Positions 8,591 through 18,878 are shown, counted from the first letter of the stretch. The stretch: DNA of 64,000 nt from Clostridia bacterium (GCA_017432485.1 JAFRJB010000018.1:1953-65952); one strand, 5' to 3'. Numbers and translations: made by a program. Notes: a model not told the origin generated them from the letters alone.

Positions 8591-9463
8591 ATGAACCAAA
8601 ATATTACAGGAGAAATCCAAGAACTTGATATTTCGCTTATTGATGAATATCCAAACCATCCCTTTAAAGTGGTTGATGACGAAAAAATGATAGAACTAAC
8701 CGATAGCATTGAAAAAAACGGCGTATTATTACCAATACTTGTTAGACCAAAAGAAGGAGGCAGATATGAGATGATTTCCGGACACAGACGCTTAAGGGCA
8801 AGTGAACTAGCAGAAAAAAAGACAATTAAAGCCATGGTCTGTGATTACGACGATTTAACTGCTGCAATCGTTATGGTTGAGAGTAATATTAATCAAAGAG
8901 ATAATATGCTACCAAGCGAAAAAGCGTTTGCTTATAAAATTCTTTATGATGCCATGAAACATCAGGGAAGGCAAATAGAAATAACTTCGACACCAGTGGT
9001 GTCGAAGTTACGTTCAAACGAAGAACTCGCATATCAAGTAGGCGAAAGTAGAGAACAAATCCGCAGATACATTCGCCTAACAGACCTTGTTCCCGAACTG
9101 CTTGAATATATGGACAAGGGTAAAATGGCACTTCGCCCGGCTGTTGAACTGTCCTACCTGGACGAAGAAAGCCAAAGAGATATCGTGGACTTTATTGATG
9201 AAAACGAATCAACACCTTCTCATGCGCAAGCAATCAGAATGAGAAAGCTTTTTGAAAATGGCAAACTTGACACAAAAAAAATCGTGAAAATAATGTCTGA
9301 AATCAAACCCAATCAAAAAGAAAAACTCGTTCTCCATGCAGAAAGAGTTAGAAAGTACATTCCAAAAACTATTCCCCTTGAAAAAACCGAGGAATATGTA
9401 TGTAAAGCACTTGAACATTACACCAAGTATTTGCAAAAACAAAAAAGCCGAGATGCAAGGTAG
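8591..9463 (+). CDS. ParB/Srx-fold N-terminal domain protein (ParB-like partition/nuclease protein)
   Basis: RBS GGAGGA. Motifs LPILVRPKEGGRYEMISGHRRLRA (ParB box with GHRR). Ends in SRDAR. Confidence 0.85.
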   Translation: MNQNITGEIQELDISLIDEYPNHPFKVVDDEKMIELTDSIEKNGVLLPILVRPKEGGRYEMISGHRRLRASELAEKKTIKAMVCDYDDLTAAIVMVESNINQRDNMLPSEKAFAYKILYDAMKHQGRQIEITSTPVVSKLRSNEELAYQVGESREQIRRYIRLTDLVPELLEYMDKGKMALRPAVELSYLDEESQRDIVDFIDENESTPSHAQAIRMRKLFENGKLDTKKIVKIMSEIKPNQKEKLVLHAERVRKYIPKTIPLEKTEEYVCKALEHYTKYLQKQKSRDAR

Positions 9464-9590
9464 TGTGGATATAACTCCACGCTGATATATATAGATAGTA
9501 ATTAATAAAGGAGATGATGCCGATGTTTTAGTTCGCACCTTTGTCTAAATACGGTTTTGGTAGTACGATTTAGATAAAGGAGATGATATT

Positions 9591-10223
9591 ATGAAGAAAT
9601 ATGTATTAGTGATTTTAGTGGTACTTGTTGCTTCGCTCACTGCCTGCGCAGTCAAAGCAAGCACCAACCCATCGGATCCGCAAACAGAAGTCAGTATAAC
9701 CAGTGAAGAAACAAGTGAGTTGGTAACCGACACTACTAAAAAAGAAAGTGTAAAGGAAACCACTCAAACGACTTCAAAGAAACAAAAGAAAAGCGCTTCT
9801 AAAAAAGCGACTACCGAAAAGAAAGAAACTACAAAATCACAAACCACTACCAAAGAAGCTACCACCACTCACAAACAACCCACTACTCAAAAACCAACCG
9901 AAAAGAAAACTACAACCACCAAAAAACAGACAACTACTAAAAGGCAGCAAACAACAAAAGCGCCTACCACGAAACCTCAAACCACAAAGCCGAAAACTTG
10001 TACCAATAACTATAATCACAGTTTATCGTGCGGCAATATGGGAAGATGGTTCAGTTCAAGAAGTGAAGTCAGAGCCTATGTTAATGCTGAAATGAACAAA
10101 TGGAACAGTCTGTTTGAAAGCGGTACAATCGGTGAGAATGAATACTTCCGTAATTGCCCCTCCGGTTATGAGTGTTGGAGTTGTTCTAACTGCGGAAGAT
10201 GGACAGGTAACTTCACTTACTAA
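9591..10223 (+). CDS. lipoprotein with a Thr/Lys-rich low-complexity linker and a Cys-rich C-terminal domain
   Basis: Signal peptide with lipobox MKKYVLVILVVLVASLTAC. RBS AAAGGAG. Confidence 0.7.
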   Translation: MKKYVLVILVVLVASLTACAVKASTNPSDPQTEVSITSEETSELVTDTTKKESVKETTQTTSKKQKKSASKKATTEKKETTKSQTTTKEATTTHKQPTTQKPTEKKTTTTKKQTTTKRQQTTKAPTTKPQTTKPKTCTNNYNHSLSCGNMGRWFSSRSEVRAYVNAEMNKWNSLFESGTIGENEYFRNCPSGYECWSCSNCGRWTGNFTY

Positions 10224-10244
10224 AACAAAATACTGCGGAGAAAA

Positions 10245-10274
10245 GGGCAAGAGAAATCTTGCTCTTTTTCTTTT
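10245..10274 (+). terminator. hairpin plus T-run after the lipoprotein gene
   Basis: GGGCAAGA-GAAA-TCTTGCTC (one G-T pair) followed by TTTTTCTTTT. Confidence 0.5.
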
Positions 10275-10291
10275 GCAGGGAAAGGACAAGA

Positions 10292-13200
10292 ATGAAAAGA
10301 TTAAGTAAAAGGACAGTATCTCTCTTACTTGCTTTATTAATACTCACCTCGGTATTTCCATTAGCAGCTTTTGCTGAAAGTGCTAACTTGGGTAAAGTGA
10401 CAGGACGCGATATTAATGTGACTGTTAGTTCTCATTATGGTCACGAACTCCATACCGCCACTGTCGGTGGAAACACTTACCCGCTTTTCTGTGTTGAATA
10501 CAACACCACATCCCCTTCCGAAGCATATTTAAAAGCAAGGAAAGCAGGTTCTAATGCCGATGTCATTACGGCAGCGAAATGGATTTTTGCCGGTTACTAT
10601 CTCGAGCATGGTAATTCCATAAATTGGAAAGATATGGCTATGTGTCAAAAGAAAGTTTGGTCGATTATGGGCAGTAGCACTTCCTGGGATTTCTCTGACA
10701 GTGATTACGAGAACTGGTGTGATACGGCAGAAGCAAATATGAAGAAACTGAACACAAAGCCCTCTTTCGATAAAACCAATGTCGGAACAATCACAGCTGG
10801 CACAAGTAAAACCTTTACGGATACGAACAAAGTCTTTAAAGACTATCCCGCTTTTACCATCAACAAAGACGGGATAAAAATGGTTCACAGCGCCGGCACA
10901 AACACGCTCGTTGTAACTGTCGATAAAACCTGCACACAAACCTCTTTCAGTATCCTTAACGGTGCCTACTACAAAACCGATACCGGTGATGATGACGAGC
11001 TGTTGCTCTACTACCCTTACGGCAGTGAGAGTTACCAAAAACTGATTTATTCGGCATACTATGATCCCGTCTCATTTTCGGTTGTAGGTAATATCCAACC
11101 ACTTGGTGATTTAAAAATAAAAAAGGTGTCGGAAGATGGAAAAACCGAAGGCTTTAAATTCACTATCAATGGAACAAATTATACCAAAACCGTTTCCACC
11201 GATGCAAACGGTGAAGCGGTTTTAGATTACCTTGTTCCCGGTACCTATACTGTAACCGAAGCGAGCAGTAATATTTATGAGCCGCAAAGCACTAAAAGCG
11301 TTACTGTTCAATCAAATAAAACCGCAACCATATCATTTTCTAATGTGCTTAGAAAAGGCAGTTTGCAAGTAACGAAAACTTCCGAGGATGGCATTAATGA
11401 AGGCGTAAAATTCAGATTGACAGGTACTTCCCTGTCGGGCGAAACTATCAATGAAACTGCAAGCACCAATGCAGATGGTGTTGCCACCTTTAAAAACATC
11501 TTGATTGGTACGGGATATGTTATTGAAGAAGTTAATACGGCTATACGCTATGTTATTCCCGATAATCAGACCACCTCAATCAAGTGGAATGAGGTTACAA
11601 AAGCAAGTTTCACAAATACTCTCAAAAAGTTTCGGGTAACCGTTACAAAAACTGACAAAGAAAAAGGCGCCGCACAAGGCGATGCTACTCTTGCCGGAGC
11701 AAAATATGGTTTGTATGATAACGGCCGGTTGGTTGGCACATATACTACCGATGCTCACGGTCAATTCACCACAGACTACTATATTTGCGGTGAACATTGG
11801 ACTATCAAAGAGATTGAACCGAGTGAGGGATATTTGCTTGATAGCACTGTCGATAATGTCGGTGCAAGTGCATCTCTTTATACCATTGAATACAACAGTA
11901 CAAGTGCGGCAGTAAAAGAACAGGTAATCAAAGGTAACATTGCTGTTATTAAGCACAGCGATGACGGCAGTACGCAAATTGAAACTCCCGAACCTGAAGC
12001 AGAGTTCCAAGTCTATCTCAAATCTGCCGGTTCTTTTGCCGATGCAAAAGCAAGTGAAAAAGCGGTTTTAGATTGCGATAATGACGGTTTTGCACAAGCC
12101 ACTAATTTGCCTTACGGCGTATACACTGTTCATCAAACAAAAGGCAAAGAAGGTTCTGAGTTTATGCCGGACTTTGATGTATTTGTTTCGGAAAACGGTA
12201 AAACCTACAAGTATCTTATTAACAACGCCCCATTCCAAGCATATATCAAAATCATAAAGACAGATACAGAAACAGGCAAAAGCATTCCTTATGCGGGCGC
12301 AGGTTTCCAAATCTTTGATGCTTCGGGCAAAAAGATTTCAATGTCTTTCACTTATCCCAAAAAGACAACCGTGGATACTTTCTATACTAATGAAGAAGGC
12401 TATCTTTTAACACCCGAGAAATTGGAATTGGGTAGAGGTTATTCCCTTGTAGAAGTCACTGCGCCTTACGGCTATGTATTAGATAACTCTCCCGTTTCTT
12501 TTGATGTAACAAGAGAAAACAGCCACTATGAAGATGCACTCACAATCGTAAAAGTAAACAAAAAAAATGTGGCACAAAAAGGTGTTATCCAAATCACCAA
12601 GACCGGCGAGGTTTTTGCGAGCGTGGAAAACAGCGATAGTATATATACGCCTGTATATGAAGAACAGAACCTTAAAAATGCTGTCTTTGAAGTCTATGCT
12701 GCTGAAGATATTGCAACAGGCGACGGTGCCATTCGCTACCATAAAGGAGCTTTGATAGATGAAATCACAACCGGTGAAGACGGCATTGCCATTTCCAAAG
12801 CGATATATCTCGGCAAATACAAAGTTACCGAAAAGGCAGCACCCGATGGTTTTGTGAAAGACACAACCGAATATATTGTAGAGCTTTCCTATGCCGGTCA
12901 AAATATCAAAGTAACAAGTACCGCTTTGAATATGAACAATCAACGACAGAAAGTAAGCGTTTCACTTGCAAAATCGGTTCAGGTTGATGAAACCTTCGGC
13001 ATCGGTAAATCGGGCGAAGTAGAATCCATACAATTCGGTCTTTTTGCCGCAGAAACAATTACTGCCTCGGACGGTTCTGAAATCCCCGAAAATGGGCTTA
13101 TCACTTTCGCATATTGCGATGAAAACGGCAAAGTTGCTTTTGATTGTGACCTGCCTTTAAACGCAAAGTATTATGTGAAAGAACTCTCTGCCGATAATCA

Positions 13201-14137
13201 TTATATCATTGATGAAAGTAAGTATGAATTTGATGCAGCATATAAAGGGCAAGATGAATCCGTTATTGATATTCAAATCAATGACGGACAAATCATTGAA
13301 AACAAATTGCTTTATGGCAGTATCAAAGGAACAAAAACCGACAGAGAAAGTGGCAAACCTATTGCGGGAGTTGTTTTCGGTTTGTTCAAATCTGACGCAC
13401 AAGAGTATAATGAACAAACAGCTGTTTTGACTGTGACAACCGATAAGAACGGTGCTTTTGAGTTTGCAGGTGTTCCCTACGGTTCCTATTTCATTAAGGA
13501 ATTGAAAGCCGCCGACGGTTATCTTGAAAACAGTACATTGTATACACTTGACATTACCGAAAACGAACAAGTTATCGAGTATAATATCGTGAATGACCGT
13601 ATTCCCGAACTCAAAACAAGTGCTACCGTGAACGGTAAGAAAACGATGGAACAAAACAAAGTGCTTGATATTTATGACATTGTTGAGTATCAGCATTTAG
13701 TTCCCGAAACGGAATATACCATCAAGGGAATTTTGATGGATAAAAAGACCGGCAAACCGTTGCTTATTAACGGCAAAACTGTGACTGCCGAAATAACCTT
13801 TGTACCGAAAGAGCCGAGCGGTTCATTAGAACTTGTTTTCAAGGTTGATAGCAGTTACCTCACGGAAGATACTGAAATTGTCGTCTTTGAAACGCTGTAT
13901 AAAGATGGCACCGAAATTGCTTCCCATTGTGATTTAAAGGATAAGGAACAAACCGTAAAAATCACTATGCCGAAACCGAAACAAACCACCAAAGTTCCGG
14001 ACACCGGCGACAATCTCGACAAGAGAACCATATATACAATGGCTGCTGCATCTGCTCTCGCCATTCTCGTTATCGTTTACAATCTTCTCAGAAAGAGAAA
14101 GAAATCTGACAAGGAGGATGATAAGCATGAGCATTAA
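10292..14137 (+). CDS. cell-wall-anchored adhesin with many CnaB/SpaA-type (prealbumin-fold) repeats
   Basis: ATG at 10292 gives the signal peptide MKRLSKRTVSLLLALLILTSVFPLAAFA. Repeated G(S/D)LxVxKxxEDG...GxYxVxExxAPxGY modules. C-terminal VPDTGD plus a hydrophobic helix plus RKRKK, which is a sortase-type signal with a non-canonical motif. Confidence 0.85.
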   Translation: MKRLSKRTVSLLLALLILTSVFPLAAFAESANLGKVTGRDINVTVSSHYGHELHTATVGGNTYPLFCVEYNTTSPSEAYLKARKAGSNADVITAAKWIFAGYYLEHGNSINWKDMAMCQKKVWSIMGSSTSWDFSDSDYENWCDTAEANMKKLNTKPSFDKTNVGTITAGTSKTFTDTNKVFKDYPAFTINKDGIKMVHSAGTNTLVVTVDKTCTQTSFSILNGAYYKTDTGDDDELLLYYPYGSESYQKLIYSAYYDPVSFSVVGNIQPLGDLKIKKVSEDGKTEGFKFTINGTNYTKTVSTDANGEAVLDYLVPGTYTVTEASSNIYEPQSTKSVTVQSNKTATISFSNVLRKGSLQVTKTSEDGINEGVKFRLTGTSLSGETINETASTNADGVATFKNILIGTGYVIEEVNTAIRYVIPDNQTTSIKWNEVTKASFTNTLKKFRVTVTKTDKEKGAAQGDATLAGAKYGLYDNGRLVGTYTTDAHGQFTTDYYICGEHWTIKEIEPSEGYLLDSTVDNVGASASLYTIEYNSTSAAVKEQVIKGNIAVIKHSDDGSTQIETPEPEAEFQVYLKSAGSFADAKASEKAVLDCDNDGFAQATNLPYGVYTVHQTKGKEGSEFMPDFDVFVSENGKTYKYLINNAPFQAYIKIIKTDTETGKSIPYAGAGFQIFDASGKKISMSFTYPKKTTVDTFYTNEEGYLLTPEKLELGRGYSLVEVTAPYGYVLDNSPVSFDVTRENSHYEDALTIVKVNKKNVAQKGVIQITKTGEVFASVENSDSIYTPVYEEQNLKNAVFEVYAAEDIATGDGAIRYHKGALIDEITTGEDGIAISKAIYLGKYKVTEKAAPDGFVKDTTEYIVELSYAGQNIKVTSTALNMNNQRQKVSVSLAKSVQVDETFGIGKSGEVESIQFGLFAAETITASDGSEIPENGLITFAYCDENGKVAFDCDLPLNAKYYVKELSADNHYIIDESKYEFDAAYKGQDESVIDIQINDGQIIENKLLYGSIKGTKTDRESGKPIAGVVFGLFKSDAQEYNEQTAVLTVTTDKNGAFEFAGVPYGSYFIKELKAADGYLENSTLYTLDITENEQVIEYNIVNDRIPELKTSATVNGKKTMEQNKVLDIYDIVEYQHLVPETEYTIKGILMDKKTGKPLLINGKTVTAEITFVPKEPSGSLELVFKVDSSYLTEDTEIVVFETLYKDGTEIASHCDLKDKEQTVKITMPKPKQTTKVPDTGDNLDKRTIYTMAAASALAILVIVYNLLRKRKKSDKEDDKHEH

Positions 14138-14216
14138 AGCAATCATTGGCATTAGTGTAGTAGTCGTAATTCTTGCGGCTATTATTATTTTGCAAATCAA
14201 AAACAGAAAGAAATAA
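14127..14216 (+). CDS. candidate 29-aa single-pass membrane micropeptide (below the track cutoff)
   Basis: AAGGAGG lies 9 nt upstream of the ATG at 14127. MSIKAIIGISVVVVILAAIIILQIKNRKK then TAA. Overlaps the adhesin stop by 11 nt. Confidence 0.4.
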   Translation: MSIKAIIGISVVVVILAAIIILQIKNRKK

Positions 14217-14243
14217 CTAAGTAAAAACGAGAGGAGTTTATCT

Positions 14244-15062
14244 ATGAGCAGATACAAAGAATTGTTTATTAAAAACGCAGAGGAACTGACAGAAAACAGT
14301 CATAAGAAAAAGTTAATAGGCAGTTGTGCCGTACTCTCCAAAAAAGAGTTTGATGCTTGGCGAGATGAAAATGAAGCGCACATTGTCGGTAACATTCGTA
14401 AAAGGCAGCTTCGGTTTAAAGAAAAATCCGGCAGACAGAAGTTGAGAGAAAGAAAAATCGCAAAAGCCGTTTTATGTGAAGACGATAGCGAAAAAAATTA
14501 CGATGTAAAAGAAAACAGGTCGGCACACACATACGGATATGCTTGGGTTGGTGGTAATGATTTTTTAAGAGTAACTACCCTCAATCCTCTTTTTATTATT
14601 CTCGCTATTCTGTTAACTGCAATCATTGTCAGCGCCTCAAAATTCGTGCCTCGATATATGAGCATTAAAGCGTTACCCGTTGAAGGTGAAAAAATCATCG
14701 AGGAAGTCAAAGACATGGGATATAAAGTCCTGTATGTAGATATTAACGGATACGACGGAAGCGAGATTAAGTTGTCCCCGAAACACAGAACTTTAGAGTT
14801 ATTGCATTTGGACACTGAGAATAACAAAAACTTCCTGCTCGCCTATAAAATCTACTGCGGCGATAAGTTGATTTTCCAAACCTATAATGAGAAAACAGAA
14901 CAAGTTTCACTTATTAAAGCGGGCTACTCAATTCAAGCGGATGTTTATGATAAACTCCCTCTCGGAAGAAGCAAACTCAAATACGAAATCACCGCATATA
15001 CGGCGGACAAGTACCAAAAAGGAAATACGTTTTACCAAACGGTTTCCGTCATCAAAAACTAA
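14244..15062 (+). CDS. hypothetical protein with one central TM helix
   Basis: RBS GAGAGGAG. TM segment LFIILAILLTAIIVSA. No family recognised. Confidence 0.65.
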   Translation: MSRYKELFIKNAEELTENSHKKKLIGSCAVLSKKEFDAWRDENEAHIVGNIRKRQLRFKEKSGRQKLRERKIAKAVLCEDDSEKNYDVKENRSAHTYGYAWVGGNDFLRVTTLNPLFIILAILLTAIIVSASKFVPRYMSIKALPVEGEKIIEEVKDMGYKVLYVDINGYDGSEIKLSPKHRTLELLHLDTENNKNFLLAYKIYCGDKLIFQTYNEKTEQVSLIKAGYSIQADVYDKLPLGRSKLKYEITAYTADKYQKGNTFYQTVSVIKN

Positions 15063-15087
15063 TTTAAAGAAAAGAGGATTTTAACCC

Positions 15088-15702
15088 ATGAAAAACATTA
15101 AGAAAACACTTTCAATCGTTCTGGCAGTCGCAATGCTGTTTACACTCGCTTTGCCCACCTTTGCAGCGAGTACAACTCAAAACTCCTATGGTTCAAGGGA
15201 TTTTCACGATAATTCAAACTCTTCTGTTTATGTCGGAAAAGACCTGACGCAGAATAAGCAAACCACCTATTCTGTGTATACTGAAGAAGACGGCGATGAT
15301 GAAGTGGCTGTTCTCGTGTACGCTTCACAAGCATCCACCTATACCGTTAAGGTTCCTGCCGTTTTGATTGTTAACGGTGCATATGTCGGTGCCGATAGAA
15401 CCAATGACTTTGGTTATGAAGTCTCTGCCACCGGCAATATTGCAGGCGATGAAGAAGTATATATCGAACCCGATGAAAGCTTTACTATGTCTTCTATCGG
15501 CAAGGATGATATTACGGGCACCATTACACAGGAGCAGACAACCTTCACCTATGCTGATGGCTTAAGATATGATGCAACCTTAACTTCTTCCGGTGCAGGT
15601 GCGGTGTCAGGCATGACCGCAGGATTATGGCATGGCGATTTTGCAATCCAGATTGGTTTAAGAAAATGTGCATGTCCATTTCGTCAGCACAACACCAATT
15701 AA
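15088..15702 (+). CDS. secreted hypothetical protein, paralogous to the N-domain of the next gene
   Basis: Signal peptide MKNIKKTLSIVLAVAMLFTLALPTFA. Shares ...YTVKVPAVLIVNGA...NDFGYEVSATGNIAGDE...MTAGLWHG with 15729..18239. Confidence 0.7.
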   Translation: MKNIKKTLSIVLAVAMLFTLALPTFAASTTQNSYGSRDFHDNSNSSVYVGKDLTQNKQTTYSVYTEEDGDDEVAVLVYASQASTYTVKVPAVLIVNGAYVGADRTNDFGYEVSATGNIAGDEEVYIEPDESFTMSSIGKDDITGTITQEQTTFTYADGLRYDATLTSSGAGAVSGMTAGLWHGDFAIQIGLRKCACPFRQHNTN

Positions 15703-15728
15703 CTCTATAAAAATACTAGGAGGTAAAT

Positions 15729-18239
15729 GTGAAAAGATTTAAACTGATTATTTCGTTTGTTCTTATCGTAATGGTTGTGTTTCCGTTTTCCATCCTTCCG
15801 GTAAATGCTTCGAGCTACTATGATTTAGTCAAAGATAGTAAAGCTTCCGAGAATTTCGATGACGACAAAGTCAATGTCGGCATTGATGAAACGCAAAGGA
15901 GGAACACGGATTATTCCGTATACAATACCTACAACATTATCGGGGAACAAACAGTAGAAGTTCGAGCAACGCAGCATACCACATACACTGCAAAAGTGCC
16001 CGCCATTCTCATAGTGGATGGCGCTTTCAAGCCAAATGATACTAATGATTTTTCATTCGAAGTATCTGTAGAAGGAAATATAGCTGGCGATGCTATGGTG
16101 AAACTTCAACCCGACAATAGCTTTATGCTTTCTTCCTACGGAAAAGATGAAATCCCTGCATCCATCACACAAGAGAAAACCAAATTCACTTACGAAGATG
16201 GCGTTCGCATAAACAATCCCGTTTCAACAATGGGTTTTGGAAAAGTGCAGAATATGACTGCAGGGCTTTGGTTTGGCAGTTGGAACTATAACATTCGTTT
16301 GCTGCCGATTGTGGATTATGATTGCTATACTTGGGCTGATGACGATTACACTACCGGTCAAATTACAGGTATTACCGAACTGGGTAAAGACAAGTTAGAA
16401 ACCTTTGGCATTATGCTTTTTCCCGAACCAAATGAAGCTGACAATTATGATGGAGTTAAAAGTATCTCATCTGATGTATCCGCTCTCACAAAGGGAATTG
16501 ACAGAACAGATTGCGATATTGTTATTCCCAAAACACTTGAAAGAATTGAGGATAGTGTAGGCAGTCAATCTCCTTTTGGTTTTGGAACAGTAAATAAAGT
16601 CATATTTGAAAAGCCGTCTTCACTCAAGTATATCGGAAACTGTGCATTCACATGTGCAAACATTAAAGAACCGATTGAAATTCCTGCTTCTGTGGAAGAA
16701 TTGGGAACACTTGCTTTAGCAGAAATAAACGGTTATCTTTCAAACTCAAGTAAATATGCATATATTTCATTTGAGCAAGGTTCAAAACTTAAAACTATTG
16801 GAGATCAAGCATTTCGGTACGCTAATGTTACCGGCAAACTGATTTTGCCTGAAGGTTTAGAAACAATTGGGACAGAAGCGTTTTCATATTGCAATTATTC
16901 AGAGATCGCTATTCCTGATTCTGTTACAACAATCGAAAACCATGCTTTTTCCAAAAGAACCGCAAATGGTACTTCTCCCTTTCTTAAACTGAATTTTCCC
17001 GCAAATCTTACAAATTGGAGCGAAGCATTTGCATATTCAGCTATTACACAGTTTGTTATTCCGGATACTATTACCATTATCCCTGCAAATGCTTTTAAAA
17101 GTTGCTCAAATCTCACAAAAATCACGATGTCACCGAATCTTACTCGCATAGGTGGATATGCCTTCGCATACACTGCTCTTTCCAGCGTGACCATTCCCGA
17201 CAAAGTTGAGTATTTAGGGCACAGCGCATTTAATGGCACAAAACTAACAAGTTTAGTTTTGCCGGACAGTATCAATGAGTTAGGCGGTTCTTGCAATTAC
17301 GGTGAAGAATCACCCGTGTATAACTGCAAGCTTCTCACTTCAATCACAATAGGAAAAAACACGCCAAATTTGGATAAGTTTAATTTTTCCTCGTTGACAA
17401 AGCTGGCTACCATAACGCTCAATGGGACAAAAAACATTGCTTCATCAGCATTTGCAAGATGCGCAGCACTCACAACACTTAATATTAATCCCGGAGTCGA
17501 AACAATCGGAAGTAATGCCTTCTCGGGTTGTAGCAAACTCATAAAAGTGAATTTTACCGGTACAATCAATGAGTGGTTCCACATCTCTTTTGAAAATGCT
17601 GGCAGTGATCCGACTTTCATTACACGTGCTCTCTATCTGAATAATAAACCGGTTACCAGCATAACTATCCCCAGTTGGCTTGAAAATGTAGGGGCTTCGT
17701 ATAGCGAAGGCAATCGTTGTGTAGCATGGACTCCCCTTACAAGTGTTGTAATCGAGGAGGGAGTATCGGAAATTAATAGCGGTGCTTTTGAAAACTGTTC
17801 CAATTTGACATATATTAAGTTACCGCAAAGTCTTACTCGTATCGGAAGCAATGCATTTTCTTACTGTTCTCAGTTAAAAAGCATTGTACTCCCTTCTGAT
17901 ATTACGGAAATTGAATCAAATACTTTTTCCTCATCCGGTCTTACAAGTATCACCATACCTGATAATGTTACAGTAATTGGTTCGAATGCCTTTCGCTCTT
18001 GCAAAAGCCTTGTCACAGTCAATCTTTCCTCCGGTCTGAAAACGATTGGAGAATATGCTTTTTCAAGTTGTACAGCTACTACAAACTTGACCATTCCGAA
18101 TAGCGTTGAAACCATTGAAAGATATGCTTTTAACAGTATAACTAAACAAATTAGAATTGATAATGTAGAAGGTTCTATTTCCGGTTCCCCTTGGGGAGCA
18201 AGAGCATCGAACATTGTTTGGTTGCGAGAAGCAGAATAA
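15729..18239 (+). CDS. secreted BspA-type leucine-rich-repeat protein
   Basis: GTG start after AGGAGG. Signal peptide. Long array of ~23-aa repeats (IGxxAFxxCxxLxxIxIPxSV), the LRR_5/BspA type. Confidence 0.85.
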   Translation: MKRFKLIISFVLIVMVVFPFSILPVNASSYYDLVKDSKASENFDDDKVNVGIDETQRRNTDYSVYNTYNIIGEQTVEVRATQHTTYTAKVPAILIVDGAFKPNDTNDFSFEVSVEGNIAGDAMVKLQPDNSFMLSSYGKDEIPASITQEKTKFTYEDGVRINNPVSTMGFGKVQNMTAGLWFGSWNYNIRLLPIVDYDCYTWADDDYTTGQITGITELGKDKLETFGIMLFPEPNEADNYDGVKSISSDVSALTKGIDRTDCDIVIPKTLERIEDSVGSQSPFGFGTVNKVIFEKPSSLKYIGNCAFTCANIKEPIEIPASVEELGTLALAEINGYLSNSSKYAYISFEQGSKLKTIGDQAFRYANVTGKLILPEGLETIGTEAFSYCNYSEIAIPDSVTTIENHAFSKRTANGTSPFLKLNFPANLTNWSEAFAYSAITQFVIPDTITIIPANAFKSCSNLTKITMSPNLTRIGGYAFAYTALSSVTIPDKVEYLGHSAFNGTKLTSLVLPDSINELGGSCNYGEESPVYNCKLLTSITIGKNTPNLDKFNFSSLTKLATITLNGTKNIASSAFARCAALTTLNINPGVETIGSNAFSGCSKLIKVNFTGTINEWFHISFENAGSDPTFITRALYLNNKPVTSITIPSWLENVGASYSEGNRCVAWTPLTSVVIEEGVSEINSGAFENCSNLTYIKLPQSLTRIGSNAFSYCSQLKSIVLPSDITEIESNTFSSSGLTSITIPDNVTVIGSNAFRSCKSLVTVNLSSGLKTIGEYAFSSCTATTNLTIPNSVETIERYAFNSITKQIRIDNVEGSISGSPWGARASNIVWLREAE

Positions 18240-18252
18240 AACCATATTTGTT

Positions 18253-18287
18253 GAAAGGGGCAATCACAAGATTGTCCCTTTCCTTTT
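18253..18287 (+). terminator. rho-independent terminator after the surface module
   Basis: GAAAGGGGCAATC-ACAA-GATTGTCCCTTTC then CTTTT. Confidence 0.7.
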
Positions 18288-18299
18288 AAGGAGGTGTGT

Positions 18300-18878
18300 A
18301 TGAACACAGAAAAAAGAATGATTGGTAGTTATGAGATTATTCAGAGCGTATCGCTTGGCAAAACAGAGTTGGTTGTCGCCGAGAGTATTAACGAAAGCCC
18401 TCGCTTTGTCTGTTGTGATATTGAATATGCCTCAGGTGTCGAGTTTTATCGAGAACAAATGGGTAGTGATAATTATCTCGAAATCATGCACAATTTCAGC
18501 GACAGATTGGCTCAACGAGTATCAGAACTCGAAAAGACAGTTCCGAAAGAAATGGTTGTTATCACAAAAGAGATGTGTAAACCTGTGGGAAACAACGAGT
18601 ATCTTGCAGGCAAAATCATCGTTTTAAATCCTCTTGTATTGAAACGAGAATACCAAACGCAGGAAAGCCAGCTGTTTTTTGTCACCGGTGGCAACGGCAC
18701 AAATCCTTTTGCCAGAGGAACAGGCGTTTTCGGGTATAACCTTGCCACAAAGACACATTCGCGAGTCGAAAGATATGATGTAATCGGCACACTCGATAAG
18801 GACAAACTACCCGAATGGGCAAAAACCAATTTAACTCACATCCAAAAAATCATCAAACAACGAGAGGAGGCGCGCTAA
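18300..18878 (+). CDS. hypothetical protein, first of three tandem paralogs with an N-terminal GxYEIIQ motif
   Basis: AAGGAGG lies 6 nt before the ATG at 18300. MNTEKRMIGSYEIIQSVSLGKTELVV. Ends in REEAR. Confidence 0.65.
   Translation: MNTEKRMIGSYEIIQSVSLGKTELVVAESINESPRFVCCDIEYASGVEFYREQMGSDNYLEIMHNFSDRLAQRVSELEKTVPKEMVVITKEMCKPVGNNEYLAGKIIVLNPLVLKREYQTQESQLFFVTGGNGTNPFARGTGVFGYNLATKTHSRVERYDVIGTLDKDKLPEWAKTNLTHIQKIIKQREEAR

Noticed and set aside
9700-10000. Repetitive ACTACNAAA-type DNA that could be mistaken for a repeat array or CRISPR
   Set aside because: It is imperfect codon-level repetition encoding the Thr/Lys/Gln-rich linker of the lipoprotein. There is no spacer/repeat architecture.
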